A stretch of 64,000 nucleotides of DNA from Dehalococcoidia bacterium (GTDB lineage Bacteria; Chloroflexota; Dehalococcoidia; UBA2979). Position numbers and translations under genes: made by a program. The stretch is taken from positions 96,001 to 160,000 of the forward strand of contig CAXXDN010000002.1 in assembly GCA_963667465.2 (NCBI GenBank), given 5' to 3'. The notes beneath the pieces are model-generated. The model had not been told where the DNA came from and did no database searches. It saw only the letters and a program-made list of their open reading frames with translations. Numbering within the stretch: position 1 is the stretch's first letter; every line of letters begins with the position of its first letter. This document shows, piece by piece, positions 1 through 10,000 of the stretch.

Positions 1-2
1 CG

Positions 3-206
3 GCGGCCGGCGTTGGGCTGCACCTGGTGGCGGGCCACACCGGCGATCCGCTGAACGACATGCCGCCGCTGACGTTGGGCGTGATCGCCTCCGTACCGCT
101 TGCCCGCAAGCTCCACGACCGGCTGGGCGAGGGCCTGCTTACGCGCGCGCTGGCGGCGGGGATCTTCCTCGTCGGCGTGCAGACGGCGGCATTGGCCTTT
201 AGCTGA
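3..206 (+). CDS. C-terminal part of a membrane protein, TauE/SafE sulfite-exporter-like (truncated by window edge)
   Basis: Frame 3 reads ...GVGLHLVAGH...LTLGVIASVPLARKLHDRLGEGLLTRALAAGIFLVGVQTAALAFS*; hydrophobic helices typical of a TauE C-terminus; not in the ORF track. Confidence 0.55.
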   Translation, partial: AAGVGLHLVAGHTGDPLNDMPPLTLGVIASVPLARKLHDRLGEGLLTRALAAGIFLVGVQTAALAFS

Positions 207-786
207 CGCCGTACTCCTCGAGGATCACGCTCGATTCGAAGCTGGAGACGGCGCGGCGCAGGATCAGCAGGTCGTACTTCTTGCCGTCGCGGTCGCGCAC
301 GTGCTCGTGCAGCACCGCCTCGTTCTCGAAGCCGAGGTTCTGGAAGACCGTGATCGCCGTGCGCTGGTCCGTGGTCATCTGCGCGACCATCTTCTCCACG
401 CCCATCTCCGAGGCGATGCGGAACGCCTCGGTGGTCAGCAACCGGCCCAGCCCCTGCCCGCGCAGCGAGTCGGAGACCATCACGCGCAGCTCCGCGACGT
501 GCCGCATCCACTCGAGGCGGCTGCGATCGACGACGGCATAGCCGACCACCGCGTCCTCGCGGATCGCCAGCACCGTCGCCAGCTCGCCCGCGACGACGGA
601 TGCGATCCAGCCGTCGACCTCCGCGGGGCGGGTGATGTCGCGACGCAGGAACAGCAGGTCGTGCGACGGCAGCGACCGCGCGAAGGCGAGGATCGCGTCA
701 CGGTCGGCGGGCTCGGGCGGGCGCAGGAGCACCGCGCCCTCGCGCAGCGCCAGCTCGACGGGGTAGCGGTCCGCTGTCGTGGTCAT
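199..786 (-). CDS. GNAT family N-acetyltransferase
   Basis: Acetyl-CoA motif A RGQGLGRLL and FQNLGF. Confidence 0.85.
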   Translation of the reverse strand: MTTTADRYPVELALREGAVLLRPPEPADRDAILAFARSLPSHDLLFLRRDITRPAEVDGWIASVVAGELATVLAIREDAVVGYAVVDRSRLEWMRHVAELRVMVSDSLRGQGLGRLLTTEAFRIASEMGVEKMVAQMTTDQRTAITVFQNLGFENEAVLHEHVRDRDGKKYDLLILRRAVSSFESSVILEEYGVS

Positions 787-893
787 GCCAAGTCGATCTC
801 GCGCCCTGCGCGCCCCGCTGTCAAGAGGGCGCGGCGGCTCGCCCTCGCTGGTGAGGCCGCCGCTGCCCCGCTATCGTGCCCGCGGGAGGGACC

Positions 894-1892
894 ATGGCCG
901 GCATCCTGACGTCCGCGACGTTCCTGCAACGCTACGGCGAGCAGCTCCGCCGCGCGGCGGCCGCTGCCGCCATCGAGGCCGAGCTGATCACGCTGCCGAC
1001 CGACCCGGAGGCGCGGCTCAGCGACGAGGACTGCGAGCGGATCGAGATCGCCTGTTACAGCCTCGACCTGATCGACAGTCCGTGGGGGCGCAGCTTCTTC
1101 TCCTCGCTCTACCGCGCGCCCCGGCTGAGCTGGCTGCACACGCGCAACGCCGGGGTCGATCACCCCATCTTCGGGCGCTTCCTGGAGCGCGGCGTCACCC
1201 TCACCACCTCGGCCGGTGCGGCGGCCGAGCCGATCGCGCAGTCGACGATCGCCGGGCTGCTCGCGCTCTCGTGCGGCTTTCCGGAGTACGCCGAGGCGCA
1301 GCGGCGCCACGCCTGGGAGCAGGCCGACGAGGACGCGCGCCCCGACCTGCTCGACCAGACGCTCGTCGTCTTTGGCCTCGGTGCGATCGGGTCGGCGATC
1401 GCGCGCATCGCGCAGGCGATCGGGCTGCACGTCGTCGGCGTGCGGCGCAGCCCGGCTCGCGAGGGCGACCCCGTCGACGAGCTGCGCCATCCCGACGAAC
1501 TGCCCTCGTTGCTGCCGCGCACCGACTGGCTCGCGCTGGCCTGTCCGCTCACCCCGGAGACGCGAGGGCTGTTCGACGCCTCGGTGTTTGCGGCGATGCC
1601 TCGTGGCTCGCACGTGCTGAACGTCGCGCGCGGCCCGGTCGTCGACGAGCCGGCGCTGATCGAGGCGCTGCAATCGGGACAGCTCGGCGGCGCCTACCTC
1701 GACGTCTTCGAGGAGGAACCGCTGCCCGGGGAGTCACCGCTATGGGACATGCCGCGCGTGATCGTCACGCCGCACAACTCCGGCGCCTCAAGCGGCAACG
1801 ACCCGCGATCGGCGTCGATCTTTTTCGATAACCTCGGACGCTGGGAGCGCGGCGAGCCGCTGCGCAACGTCGTCCGCGAGGCCGGCGAGTAG
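894..1892 (+). CDS. D-2-hydroxyacid dehydrogenase (NAD(P)-binding)
   Basis: GLGAIG, CPLTPETRGL, NVARGPVVDE, LDVFEEEPL, TPHNS; GGAGG upstream of ATG 894. Confidence 0.9.
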   Translation: MAGILTSATFLQRYGEQLRRAAAAAAIEAELITLPTDPEARLSDEDCERIEIACYSLDLIDSPWGRSFFSSLYRAPRLSWLHTRNAGVDHPIFGRFLERGVTLTTSAGAAAEPIAQSTIAGLLALSCGFPEYAEAQRRHAWEQADEDARPDLLDQTLVVFGLGAIGSAIARIAQAIGLHVVGVRRSPAREGDPVDELRHPDELPSLLPRTDWLALACPLTPETRGLFDASVFAAMPRGSHVLNVARGPVVDEPALIEALQSGQLGGAYLDVFEEEPLPGESPLWDMPRVIVTPHNSGASSGNDPRSASIFFDNLGRWERGEPLRNVVREAGE

Positions 1893-1921
1893 CGCGGCGC
1901 GGCTCCGGAAGGGAGACGGCG

Positions 1922-2806
1922 ATGGAGAAACCATATCTGACGATCTGGGATCAGCCCGGCGGGCGCGCGGACCAGATCGCGTTCGTCCAGGAGCTCGAGC
2001 GGCGGGGTTTCCCCGGCGTGTGGGCGCCGAGCCGCGGCGACAACATCGCGCTGCTGCTCGCTATCCTCGAGCGCACCGAACGGATCACGGTCGGCACGGG
2101 CATCGCGCACATCTACCTGCGGCACCCGCTGCTGATGGGGCAGGCCGGCTCGCTGATCGAGGAGCTGCACCCCGGGCGGCTGCTGCTCGGGCTCGGCGTA
2201 TCGCACCAGCCGATGCACAAGGCGCTGGGGCTCAGCGTCGGCCGGCCGCTCGCGGACATGCGCGAGTACGTCGCCGCGATGCGCGCGGACGCCGAGGGTG
2301 CCCCCTTCCCGCGCCTCGTCCTCGCGACGCTGCGCCGCCGCATGACGGCGCTCGCGGGCGAGATCGCCGAGGGCGCGCTCTGGGCGAACGGCATCCGCTC
2401 GCACATGGCCAGCTCGCTCTCCGGGATCTCTCCCGAACGCCGTGAGGGATTCTTCGCCGGCAACCTGCTGGTTACGGCCGTCGACGACGACCGCGCGGCC
2501 GCCCTCGCCGCCGCGCGCGACGGGCTGCGCCGCTACTTTGAACTGCCCTACTACCAGGCCTACTTCGAGGAGGCCGGCTACCACGACGAGGTCGCCGCAG
2601 CCCGAGGGGCGATCAGGGCGGGCGACGGCGAGGCGCTGCTCGCGGCGATCTCGGAGCGCTTCATCGCTGACTGCTGCCTCGCCGGCACGGCCTCCGAGGT
2701 GCGCGACCAGGCGGAAGCCTGGGCTGAGGAGGGAGTGACGCTCGTGCTCTCGCCCTCGCTCCGCGATCCGCGCGGCCTCGAGCGGGCGCTCGCCGCCTTC
2801 GAATAG
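1922..2806 (+). CDS. LLM class flavin/F420-dependent oxidoreductase
   Basis: TERITVGTGIA, PGRLLLGLGVSH, ALAGEIAEG. Confidence 0.85.
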   Translation: MEKPYLTIWDQPGGRADQIAFVQELERRGFPGVWAPSRGDNIALLLAILERTERITVGTGIAHIYLRHPLLMGQAGSLIEELHPGRLLLGLGVSHQPMHKALGLSVGRPLADMREYVAAMRADAEGAPFPRLVLATLRRRMTALAGEIAEGALWANGIRSHMASSLSGISPERREGFFAGNLLVTAVDDDRAAALAAARDGLRRYFELPYYQAYFEEAGYHDEVAAARGAIRAGDGEALLAAISERFIADCCLAGTASEVRDQAEAWAEEGVTLVLSPSLRDPRGLERALAAFE

Positions 2807-2869
2807 CGCGCAAGGCCGCCCGGCCGGGCATTCCGTTCGTTAACCCTCCGTCCCGTACGATGGGTGGCA

Positions 2870-4255
2870 ATGGCGCTGCCCCCTCAGTTCGACGAACCGG
2901 CATTCGAGGGTCTCCACCGCATCGATCGCGCCCTCGACGCCGGTCAGGCGCACGTCTTTCGTGTCCTCTGGTTCTGGCTCCCCCCGGGGTCGGTGGCGAG
3001 GAACCCGCAGTTCCAGGCGCTGCTCGCCTCGCGCTTCCTCACCGACGTCGCAATCAACGCGCTGATCTTCGGTGCGCTGATCTCGACGGCGCGCGGGGAT
3101 GGTGGAGCCCTCGAGGCAGCGCTGCTCGGTACGGCCTTCCTGCTGCCCAGCCTCCTGCTCGGGCTCTACGGCGGCGCCGTCGCCGACGCCCTCCCGAAGC
3201 GTGTCGCCCTCGCCGGCGCCTACGTGGGGATGGGCGTGCTCACGCTCGCCGTCGCGTTCGCGCTCGGCTCGGACTTCGGCTCGCTGCTGCTCGTGATCTT
3301 CGTGGTGCGCATCCTCCACCAGTTCTCGCAGCCCTCCGAGGCGTCCACGCTCCCCCTGGTCGCGACGGCCGAGGAGCTGGCGGCGGCGAACTCGATGCTC
3401 GGCCTGGTTTCCTCGGCGGCGGACCTGCTGGGCAAGGCCGTGCTCGCTCCGCTGATCGTGCGCGCCTACGGGGTGGACCCGGTGACGATCATCGCCGGGT
3501 TCCTCTTCCTCCTCTCCGCCAGCCGCGTCTTCGACCTGCGCCCGGCGCCGTACCCCGGGCCGGTCGAGAGCCGGCGCGGAGCACTCCCGGCCTCGACGCT
3601 GGGCGTCGTGCGCTGGCTGCTCGCCGAACGGCAGGTGATGTGGATGCTGGTGCTGGCCGCGCTGGCAAGCACGATCAACGTCGTCCTCGCGATGCTCGGG
3701 CCGCAGTACGTCGCCGAGGTGCTCGATGTCGACCCGGTAAACACGCTCTACGTCTTCGCGCCCGCTCCGCTTGGGCTGCTGGCCGCGCTCGCCCTCGCGC
3801 CGCTGCTGATCCGCTGGGCGGGAGAGCGCCCGATCGCGATCCTCGGCTTCGTGCTCGTCTCCTCAGCGGTGACGGCGCTCGGCCTCGTCGCCACGCTGAC
3901 CGACCTGTTCGGCTGGCTGCTGTTCTTCGGCATTCCCGGCGTGGGGCCGCGGGTGGAGATGGCGGCGTTGCTCTCGATGTTCCTCGGGGCCGGCGTGACG
4001 CTGGCGGTCGTGGCCACGCAGACCTACATCAGCCGCACGGTCCCGCTGCGCATCCAGGGCCGCGCCTTCGCGCTGCTCGGCGTGCTCAAGGACGGCTTCG
4101 CGATCCCGCCGCTGCTCCTGCTCGGAGCGATCGCGAGCACGGTCGGCGTGGACACGGTGATCACCGTCGCGCCGATCTTTCTGCTGCTGCTCGCGGTGGC
4201 GATCGACCGCACGGTCAGCCGCTTCCGCGCGCCCGCGCCCGGCATGCTGCCCTGA
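2870..4255 (+). CDS. MFS transporter
   Basis: About 12 hydrophobic segments, GAVADALPKR motif A, IQGRAF; start 2864 or 2870. Confidence 0.85.
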   Translation: MALPPQFDEPAFEGLHRIDRALDAGQAHVFRVLWFWLPPGSVARNPQFQALLASRFLTDVAINALIFGALISTARGDGGALEAALLGTAFLLPSLLLGLYGGAVADALPKRVALAGAYVGMGVLTLAVAFALGSDFGSLLLVIFVVRILHQFSQPSEASTLPLVATAEELAAANSMLGLVSSAADLLGKAVLAPLIVRAYGVDPVTIIAGFLFLLSASRVFDLRPAPYPGPVESRRGALPASTLGVVRWLLAERQVMWMLVLAALASTINVVLAMLGPQYVAEVLDVDPVNTLYVFAPAPLGLLAALALAPLLIRWAGERPIAILGFVLVSSAVTALGLVATLTDLFGWLLFFGIPGVGPRVEMAALLSMFLGAGVTLAVVATQTYISRTVPLRIQGRAFALLGVLKDGFAIPPLLLLGAIASTVGVDTVITVAPIFLLLLAVAIDRTVSRFRAPAPGMLP

Positions 4256-4274
4256 CCGCCGCCGCGAGGACGCG

Positions 4275-5327
4275 CTACGGGTAGAGCGGGGTGCGCTCGA
4301 GGCCGGCCGTCTGGTCGAGGCCGAACATCAGGTTGAGGTTCTGTAGCGCGTTGCCGCTCTGCCCCTTCAGCAGGTTGTCGATCGAGGAGATCACGACCAC
4401 CCGCCGCTCGTCCGGCGAAGTCACGAGCGAGATGTCGCAGTAGTTCGAGCCCGCCGTCTGCTTCAGCGCGGGCGGCGCGTCCAGCACGCGCACGAACGGC
4501 GCGCCCTCGTAGAACTCGCGGAAGCGCTCGAGCAGCGCCTCGCGCGAGGCGCTGCGGCTCAGCGTCAGGTGCATCGTGCTGAGGATGCCGCGTGTCGTGC
4601 CGAGGAGGTGAGGTACGAAGAGGACGCTCGCCGTGCCGCCCGCGAGGCTGCCCAGCGTCTGCTCGGCCTCGACGACGTGCTGATGGCTGAACACGCGGTA
4701 GGGGACGACGTTGTCGTTGAGGTGCGAGAAGTGCTGCGCGGCCGCCGGCTTCTTGCCAGCGCCCGAGGAGCCCGTGAGCCCGTCGACCACGACCGAGCTG
4801 CCCTCGACCAGCCCGTCGGCGAAGAGCGGCGCGAGGCCGAGCGTGATGCCGACGGCGAAGCAGCCCGGGTTGCCGACGATCGGGGCCTCGGCCACCGCTG
4901 CGGCGTGCAGCTCGGGCACGCCGTAGCAGGCACTGCCGAGCAGCGGGGCGGCCCGGTGCCCGCCGTCGCCGATCGAGGGGTGCGCCGCCGCGTAGCGCGC
5001 GTACGAGGCCTCGTCGGGGAAGCGGAAGTCACCGGAGTAGTCGAGGAAGCGCACACCCGCCTCGGCGAGCGCCGCCGCGTAACCCATCGAGACCTGGTCG
5101 GGCGTGGAGAAGACGACCACGTCGCAGTCCGCGCCGATGTCGGCCGCGTCCGGGGCCTGCACGACGAGGTCCGTGCGGCCTGCGAGGTGCGGGTAGATGT
5201 CCGCGATCGGCCGCCCGGCGTCGTCGCGCGCGATCAGCGCCGAAGGCTCGAGCACGGGGTGCTGGAGCAGCAGTTCGAGGATGCCGAGGCCGCCGTAGCC
5301 GGTCGCCCCGACGATCTGCACGCGCAT
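4275..5327 (-). CDS. argC: N-acetyl-gamma-glutamyl-phosphate reductase
   Basis: GATGYGG, NPGCF, SGAGK, IDNLLKGQSGNALQNLNLM. Confidence 0.93.
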   Translation of the reverse strand: MRVQIVGATGYGGLGILELLLQHPVLEPSALIARDDAGRPIADIYPHLAGRTDLVVQAPDAADIGADCDVVVFSTPDQVSMGYAAALAEAGVRFLDYSGDFRFPDEASYARYAAAHPSIGDGGHRAAPLLGSACYGVPELHAAAVAEAPIVGNPGCFAVGITLGLAPLFADGLVEGSSVVVDGLTGSSGAGKKPAAAQHFSHLNDNVVPYRVFSHQHVVEAEQTLGSLAGGTASVLFVPHLLGTTRGILSTMHLTLSRSASREALLERFREFYEGAPFVRVLDAPPALKQTAGSNYCDISLVTSPDERRVVVISSIDNLLKGQSGNALQNLNLMFGLDQTAGLERTPLYP

Positions 5328-5400
5328 GGTGGCCTCCGTCGGTCAGGTCCGCCCCTTGCAGGATATGCGGCAGCCGCGCCTGCCGGAAGGTTCGGCCCGG

Positions 5401-6615
5401 CTACGAGCCTGCACCGGCCTCGTTGGCCGCCTCCTGGTCGCTCTCGAGCAGGTCCACCAGTTCGGCGGCCAGCCAGATGCGGCCGCGGGCCCGGCCGGTG
5501 ATCTCGGTCACGATGCCCGCGCGCTCGAGGTCGCCGATCGCCTGGTAGGCGGTCGGCGGGGTGACCCCGGAGCCGGCGCCGGCGAGCAGGCTGATGGCAC
5601 GCGGCGCGGTGACCGCGAGCGACTGACGCCGGATCAGCACCGCGAGGCGCAGTGCGGTCGGCGTCGCGCCGGCCTCCTCGAGCCGCAGCCGCCACTCGTC
5701 CTCGATGGCGATCAGGCGCTGCGCCGTGGTGACGGACGCCCGCGCCCGCGAGGCGACGGCGCGCAGCATGAACGCCAGCCAGCCCGCCCAGTCGCTGCGC
5801 GTGCTGACGGCGAAGAGGCGGTCGTAGTACTGCTGCCGGTGCTCGAAGAGGTAGGGGCTGAGATAGAGCAGCGGATGCTCCAGCCCACGCCGCCGGGCGA
5901 GCAGCAGCGGCATCAGGATCCGGCCGATGCGCCCATTGCCGTCCCGGAAGGGGTGGATCGCCTCGAAGACATAATGCGCCCAGGCGATCTCGACCAGCGG
6001 CGGCGCCTGTGGCTGCGAGTCGATGTAGCCGAACAGGCTCTCGAGGCAGTCGGACATTCGGGCGGGCGGCGGCGGGGCGTAGATCACCTCGCCGCCCCCG
6101 GCGATGTAGGCCTGGACGTCCCGGAACTCGCCGGGGGCGCTGCGCGCCTCGTCGCCAGCGCCCGCCATCAAGGTGCGGTGCAGGTCGCGAACGAGGTCGG
6201 CATCGATCGTCGCGCCCGCGCGGATGCGGTCCAGGCCCTCGTCGAGCGCACTGACGTAGTTGAGCGTCTCCTGCGCGTCAGCGTCGGGGAGCGGTCCGTC
6301 GGCTGCGGCCTCGAGGGCGGCGAGGTCGCCGATCGACGTCCGGGTGCCCTCGATCTGGGAGCTGCGGACGGCCTCGTGCCGGATGTATGGCACGGCCAGC
6401 GCGCTCGCGTCGTGGAGCACACCGCCGAGGCCGATCAATTGCCCGAGCCAGTACTCGGCGTCGGCGAGCAGCACGCCCGCGCTCGCGATGGCGGCCTGCT
6501 CGATCGCGGGCGGGGGCGGCAGCGGGTTGGGAACGAACGTGAGGTCCTGGCCGCCGCCGTAGCGGCGCTGCGTCACGAGCTCGCCCGATGGGTTGGTGAA
6601 TGCGGCTGCATCCAC
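5401..6615 (-). CDS. Fic family protein (auto-inhibitory SxxxEG motif, C-terminal HTH)
   Basis: HPFRDGNGRIGR Fic motif, SSQIEG, C-terminal wHTH-like segment; AT-rich upstream region 6640-6810. Confidence 0.92.
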   Translation of the reverse strand: MDAAAFTNPSGELVTQRRYGGGQDLTFVPNPLPPPPAIEQAAIASAGVLLADAEYWLGQLIGLGGVLHDASALAVPYIRHEAVRSSQIEGTRTSIGDLAALEAAADGPLPDADAQETLNYVSALDEGLDRIRAGATIDADLVRDLHRTLMAGAGDEARSAPGEFRDVQAYIAGGGEVIYAPPPPARMSDCLESLFGYIDSQPQAPPLVEIAWAHYVFEAIHPFRDGNGRIGRILMPLLLARRRGLEHPLLYLSPYLFEHRQQYYDRLFAVSTRSDWAGWLAFMLRAVASRARASVTTAQRLIAIEDEWRLRLEEAGATPTALRLAVLIRRQSLAVTAPRAISLLAGAGSGVTPPTAYQAIGDLERAGIVTEITGRARGRIWLAAELVDLLESDQEAANEAGAGS

Positions 6616-6911
6616 GGCGGTGGTCCCTTCTCCTGCTAGTTAAGTATAGGGCGTGATTCTTTATCTGCGTGCTTCGGGAGTGTACCAGAATGAATTAGCA
6701 TAAGCCCATGATCGAAAGAACTGGCAGGGGCCAATAATTAAACCGTGCCCGCTTCACTTTGCTAACGCCCTCGCTTGCTGTTGTTCGCTAAAACAGCATC
6801 AGCTGATACTCAGTTCCCTCCATCCCACGCCTGCCAGCCGGGGCGCGACGTATCATGCGACTCGCTCCTGTCCGCTCCACCTGGGCAGGCAGCACCAGGG
6901 GGAGGATGGCG

Positions 6912-9446
6912 ATGGCGGGTCCGCTCGAGGGTCTCCGGGTGCTTGACCTCACGCGCAACGTCGCCGGCCCGTACGCGACGAAACTGCTCGCCGACTACGG
7001 GGCCGACGTGCTCAAGCTCGAGGCCCCCGGGGGTGACCCGGCCCGTCGCTTCGGGCCGTTCCCCGGCAACGTCGAGGACCTCGAGGCGTCCGGCCTGTTC
7101 CTTCACCTCAACACCAACAAGCGTTCGGCGACCGTCGATCCCGAAACCGCCGGCGGAGCAGCGACGATTCGCCGCCTCGCCTCGGAGTGCGACGTGGTGA
7201 TCGAGGACTACGAAGCGGGGTGTGCCGCCGAGTGGGGTTGGGGCTGGGACAAGCTTACGCGCGACCGCGACGACCTCGTGATGCTCTCGCTCACGCCGTT
7301 CGGGCAGGACGGCCCGTACCGCGACTACCTCGGATCCGAGATCACCCTCCAGGCGCTGGGCGGCCCGCTGTGGATCACCGGGCATCGTAGCCGCGAACCG
7401 CTGAAGTTCGCCGGGCACGTGGCGCACTACTCGGCCGGAGCGACGGCCGCGCTTGCCATCCTGCTCGCCCGCTATCGCGTCGAGGCAGGAGGCTCCGGCG
7501 ACTACATCGACCTCGCGGTATACGAGTGCCAGGCCGGGTTTCGCGACCGGCGCGTGGTCGACCTCACCGGTGCGGCCTACGCGGGCTGCACGATGCGACG
7601 CCGCGCCGGCGGCCAGCTGCCGGCGAGCGGCGTCCGTCCCGCGCTGGACGGCTTCGTCAACCTGCACGGGTTCGGCCCCCGCCTTCCGGGCTTCCTCGCG
7701 TTGATCGGGCGTGAAGACCTGATCGCCCGCGAGGAGCTGTTCCAGGCGGTCAACTACGTTCCCGGCGAGCTCATCGAGGAGCTCGAGGCGTCCTACGCCG
7801 AGTTCCTCCAGCGCACGCCGAAGCTCGAGGCGCTGCGCCAGGCGCAGGAGCTGGGCCTCCTCGGCGGAGCACTGCTCACGTTCGAGGAGCTGCTGCAGAA
7901 CCCGCACTTCCGGGATCGCGGCGTCTGGGACACGGTCGAGCATCCGCGGACCGGGCCGCTCGAGTACCCCGGCAGGCCCTTCATCATGAACGCCTCGCCC
8001 CGCCCCGCCCCGCGGCGCGCGCCGCTGCTTGGCGAGCACGACGCGACCCTCACGGCGCCCTCGGCCTGGCCGCGGCGCGAGGCGGCGCGATTGCCGCGGA
8101 CGCCGCGAGCGGCGGAGGAGGGCGTGCTGCGGCGCCCACCCCTCGAGGGCATCCGGGTGGCCGCTGCGACGGTGGTCTGGGCAGGCCCGCACGCCACCCA
8201 GCTGCTCGCGGAGTGGGGCGCCGAGGTGATCCGCGTCGAGCCGATGAACCGCATCCACCCAAACACCCGCGGCGCAGAGGTGGGGCTCACGAAGGAGCAG
8301 ATCGAGGAACAACTGCTCGACGGCGCCAACCTCGCCGCGCTCTACCCCGGCCTCGATCCGAAGGACGACCGCTGGAACCGCTCCGCCAACTTCAACTCAC
8401 ACGGCCGCAACAAGAAGTCGATGACCGCCGACATCTCTGCGCCCGAGGGCCGCGAAGCGTTCCTGCGCCTGGTCAAGGTCAGCGACGTGGTGATCGAGAA
8501 CAACTCGCCTGGCGCGTTCGACCGCGCGCGCCTCGGCTGGGACGAGCTGCGCGAGGTGAACCCGCGGCTCGTGATGGTGCGGATGCCGGCCTTCGGCCTC
8601 TCCGGCCCCTACCGCGACTACCGCTCCTTCGGCACCCACGCCGAGGCGATGGTCGGCCAGACCCTGCTGCGCCGCTACATCGACGGAGATCCGCAGCTCT
8701 CCGGCGACGTGCTGACCGCCGACGCGATGGCGGGGGTCCATGGCGCGGTCGCCGCGATGATGGGACTGCGGCACCGCGAGCGGACCGGCGAGGGCCAGCT
8801 GATCGAGCTGCCGCTCGCCGAGGCGTATATCCCGCTGCTTGGCGACTTCATCCTCGACTACGTGATGAACGGCAACGACGTCACGGCGCAGGGCAACACG
8901 CACCGCTGGCACGCACCCCACGGGGTCTACCCGACCCGGGGCGAGGACCAGTGGATCGCGATCGATGTCGCGACCGACGGGCAGTTCGCCGCGCTGTGCA
9001 GGGTGCTCGGCAGCCCCGGGCTCGCCGCCGACCCGCGCTACACGAGCGCGGCGGGCCGCCGGAAGCATCGCGTCAAGCTCGAAGCGAGCATCGGCGCGCT
9101 GACCGCCACCCGCGACAAGGAGGCGCTGTTCCACGAGCTGCAAGGCGCCGGTGTCTGCGCCGCCCCGGTCCGTGACTCGCTGGAGATCCTCGAGGATCCG
9201 CAGCTGAACGCGCGGGACTGGTTCCGCGAGATCCACATGCCGGCGGTGGGTACGCACCGCTATCCCGGCTACCTCTTCAAGCTGCGCAACACCTCGGACG
9301 AGGTGCGGCTCCCGCCGCCCCGCCTTGGCGAGCACAACGAGGAGCTGTATCTCGACCTGCTCGGCTACTCCCGCGAGGAGTACGAATCGTTCATCGAGCG
9401 CGGTACTGTCGGGACGCGTTACCCGGACGAGATCCTGCCGGGCTGA
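6912..9446 (+). CDS. Tandem two-domain CaiB/BaiF (family III) CoA-transferase
   Basis: Two modules: PLEGLRVLDL..AGPY..LADYGADVLKLE and PLEGIRV..WAGP..LAEWGAEVIRVE, each ending P.LGEH; GGAGG at 6901. Confidence 0.92.
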   Translation: MAGPLEGLRVLDLTRNVAGPYATKLLADYGADVLKLEAPGGDPARRFGPFPGNVEDLEASGLFLHLNTNKRSATVDPETAGGAATIRRLASECDVVIEDYEAGCAAEWGWGWDKLTRDRDDLVMLSLTPFGQDGPYRDYLGSEITLQALGGPLWITGHRSREPLKFAGHVAHYSAGATAALAILLARYRVEAGGSGDYIDLAVYECQAGFRDRRVVDLTGAAYAGCTMRRRAGGQLPASGVRPALDGFVNLHGFGPRLPGFLALIGREDLIAREELFQAVNYVPGELIEELEASYAEFLQRTPKLEALRQAQELGLLGGALLTFEELLQNPHFRDRGVWDTVEHPRTGPLEYPGRPFIMNASPRPAPRRAPLLGEHDATLTAPSAWPRREAARLPRTPRAAEEGVLRRPPLEGIRVAAATVVWAGPHATQLLAEWGAEVIRVEPMNRIHPNTRGAEVGLTKEQIEEQLLDGANLAALYPGLDPKDDRWNRSANFNSHGRNKKSMTADISAPEGREAFLRLVKVSDVVIENNSPGAFDRARLGWDELREVNPRLVMVRMPAFGLSGPYRDYRSFGTHAEAMVGQTLLRRYIDGDPQLSGDVLTADAMAGVHGAVAAMMGLRHRERTGEGQLIELPLAEAYIPLLGDFILDYVMNGNDVTAQGNTHRWHAPHGVYPTRGEDQWIAIDVATDGQFAALCRVLGSPGLAADPRYTSAAGRRKHRVKLEASIGALTATRDKEALFHELQGAGVCAAPVRDSLEILEDPQLNARDWFREIHMPAVGTHRYPGYLFKLRNTSDEVRLPPPRLGEHNEELYLDLLGYSREEYESFIERGTVGTRYPDEILPG

Positions 9447-9460
9447 TCGCGAGTGGCGGC

Positions 9461-9997
9461 GTGAGCGCGGAGCAGCCGGACTGGCGCGAGTACCTGAACC
9501 TCGATGACGCGGCGCTGCTGCGCCAGTGCGATGTCGACCGCTTTCGCGCGAGCGGACCGGGCGGGCAGAAGCGCAACGTCACCGACTCCGCCGTGCGCCT
9601 GCGGCACCGCCCCTCAGGACTGAGCGCCGAGGCCAACGAGTCGCGCTCGCAGCACGAGAACCGGGCGCGCGCCCTGCGCCGCCTGCGCCACGCGATCGCG
9701 CTGCAGCTGCGCGCGCCCGTCAGCCTCGATGGCTACGCGCCCGCTCCGGAGCTCGCCGCCGCTCGCACGAAGGAGCGCAGGCTGTCGCTCGGCCGCCGCG
9801 ACGCGCGCTACCCGGCGGCGCTGGCGGCGCTCTTCGACCTGCTCGCCGCCAGCGGCTGGCGGCCGGGTGAGGCGGCGCGCGCCCTCGATGTCACAAATGC
9901 GTCGCTGAGCCGCTTCCTCGAGGGCGACCGCGCCGCCTGGCGCGCGCTCAACGAGCTACGCCGCGAGCACGGGCTGGCGGCGCTGCGTGGACGGTAG
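9461..9997 (+). CDS. RF-1 domain peptidyl-tRNA hydrolase-like protein with C-terminal HTH-like segment
   Basis: FRASGPGGQKRNVTDSAVRLRH, ESRSQHENR. Confidence 0.85.
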   Translation: MSAEQPDWREYLNLDDAALLRQCDVDRFRASGPGGQKRNVTDSAVRLRHRPSGLSAEANESRSQHENRARALRRLRHAIALQLRAPVSLDGYAPAPELAAARTKERRLSLGRRDARYPAALAALFDLLAASGWRPGEAARALDVTNASLSRFLEGDRAAWRALNELRREHGLAALRGR

Positions 9998-10000
9998 GGC

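Noticed and set aside
5370-6842. Flanking repeat around fic (CGCCTGCC)
   Set aside because: Only 8 bp in high-GC DNA.
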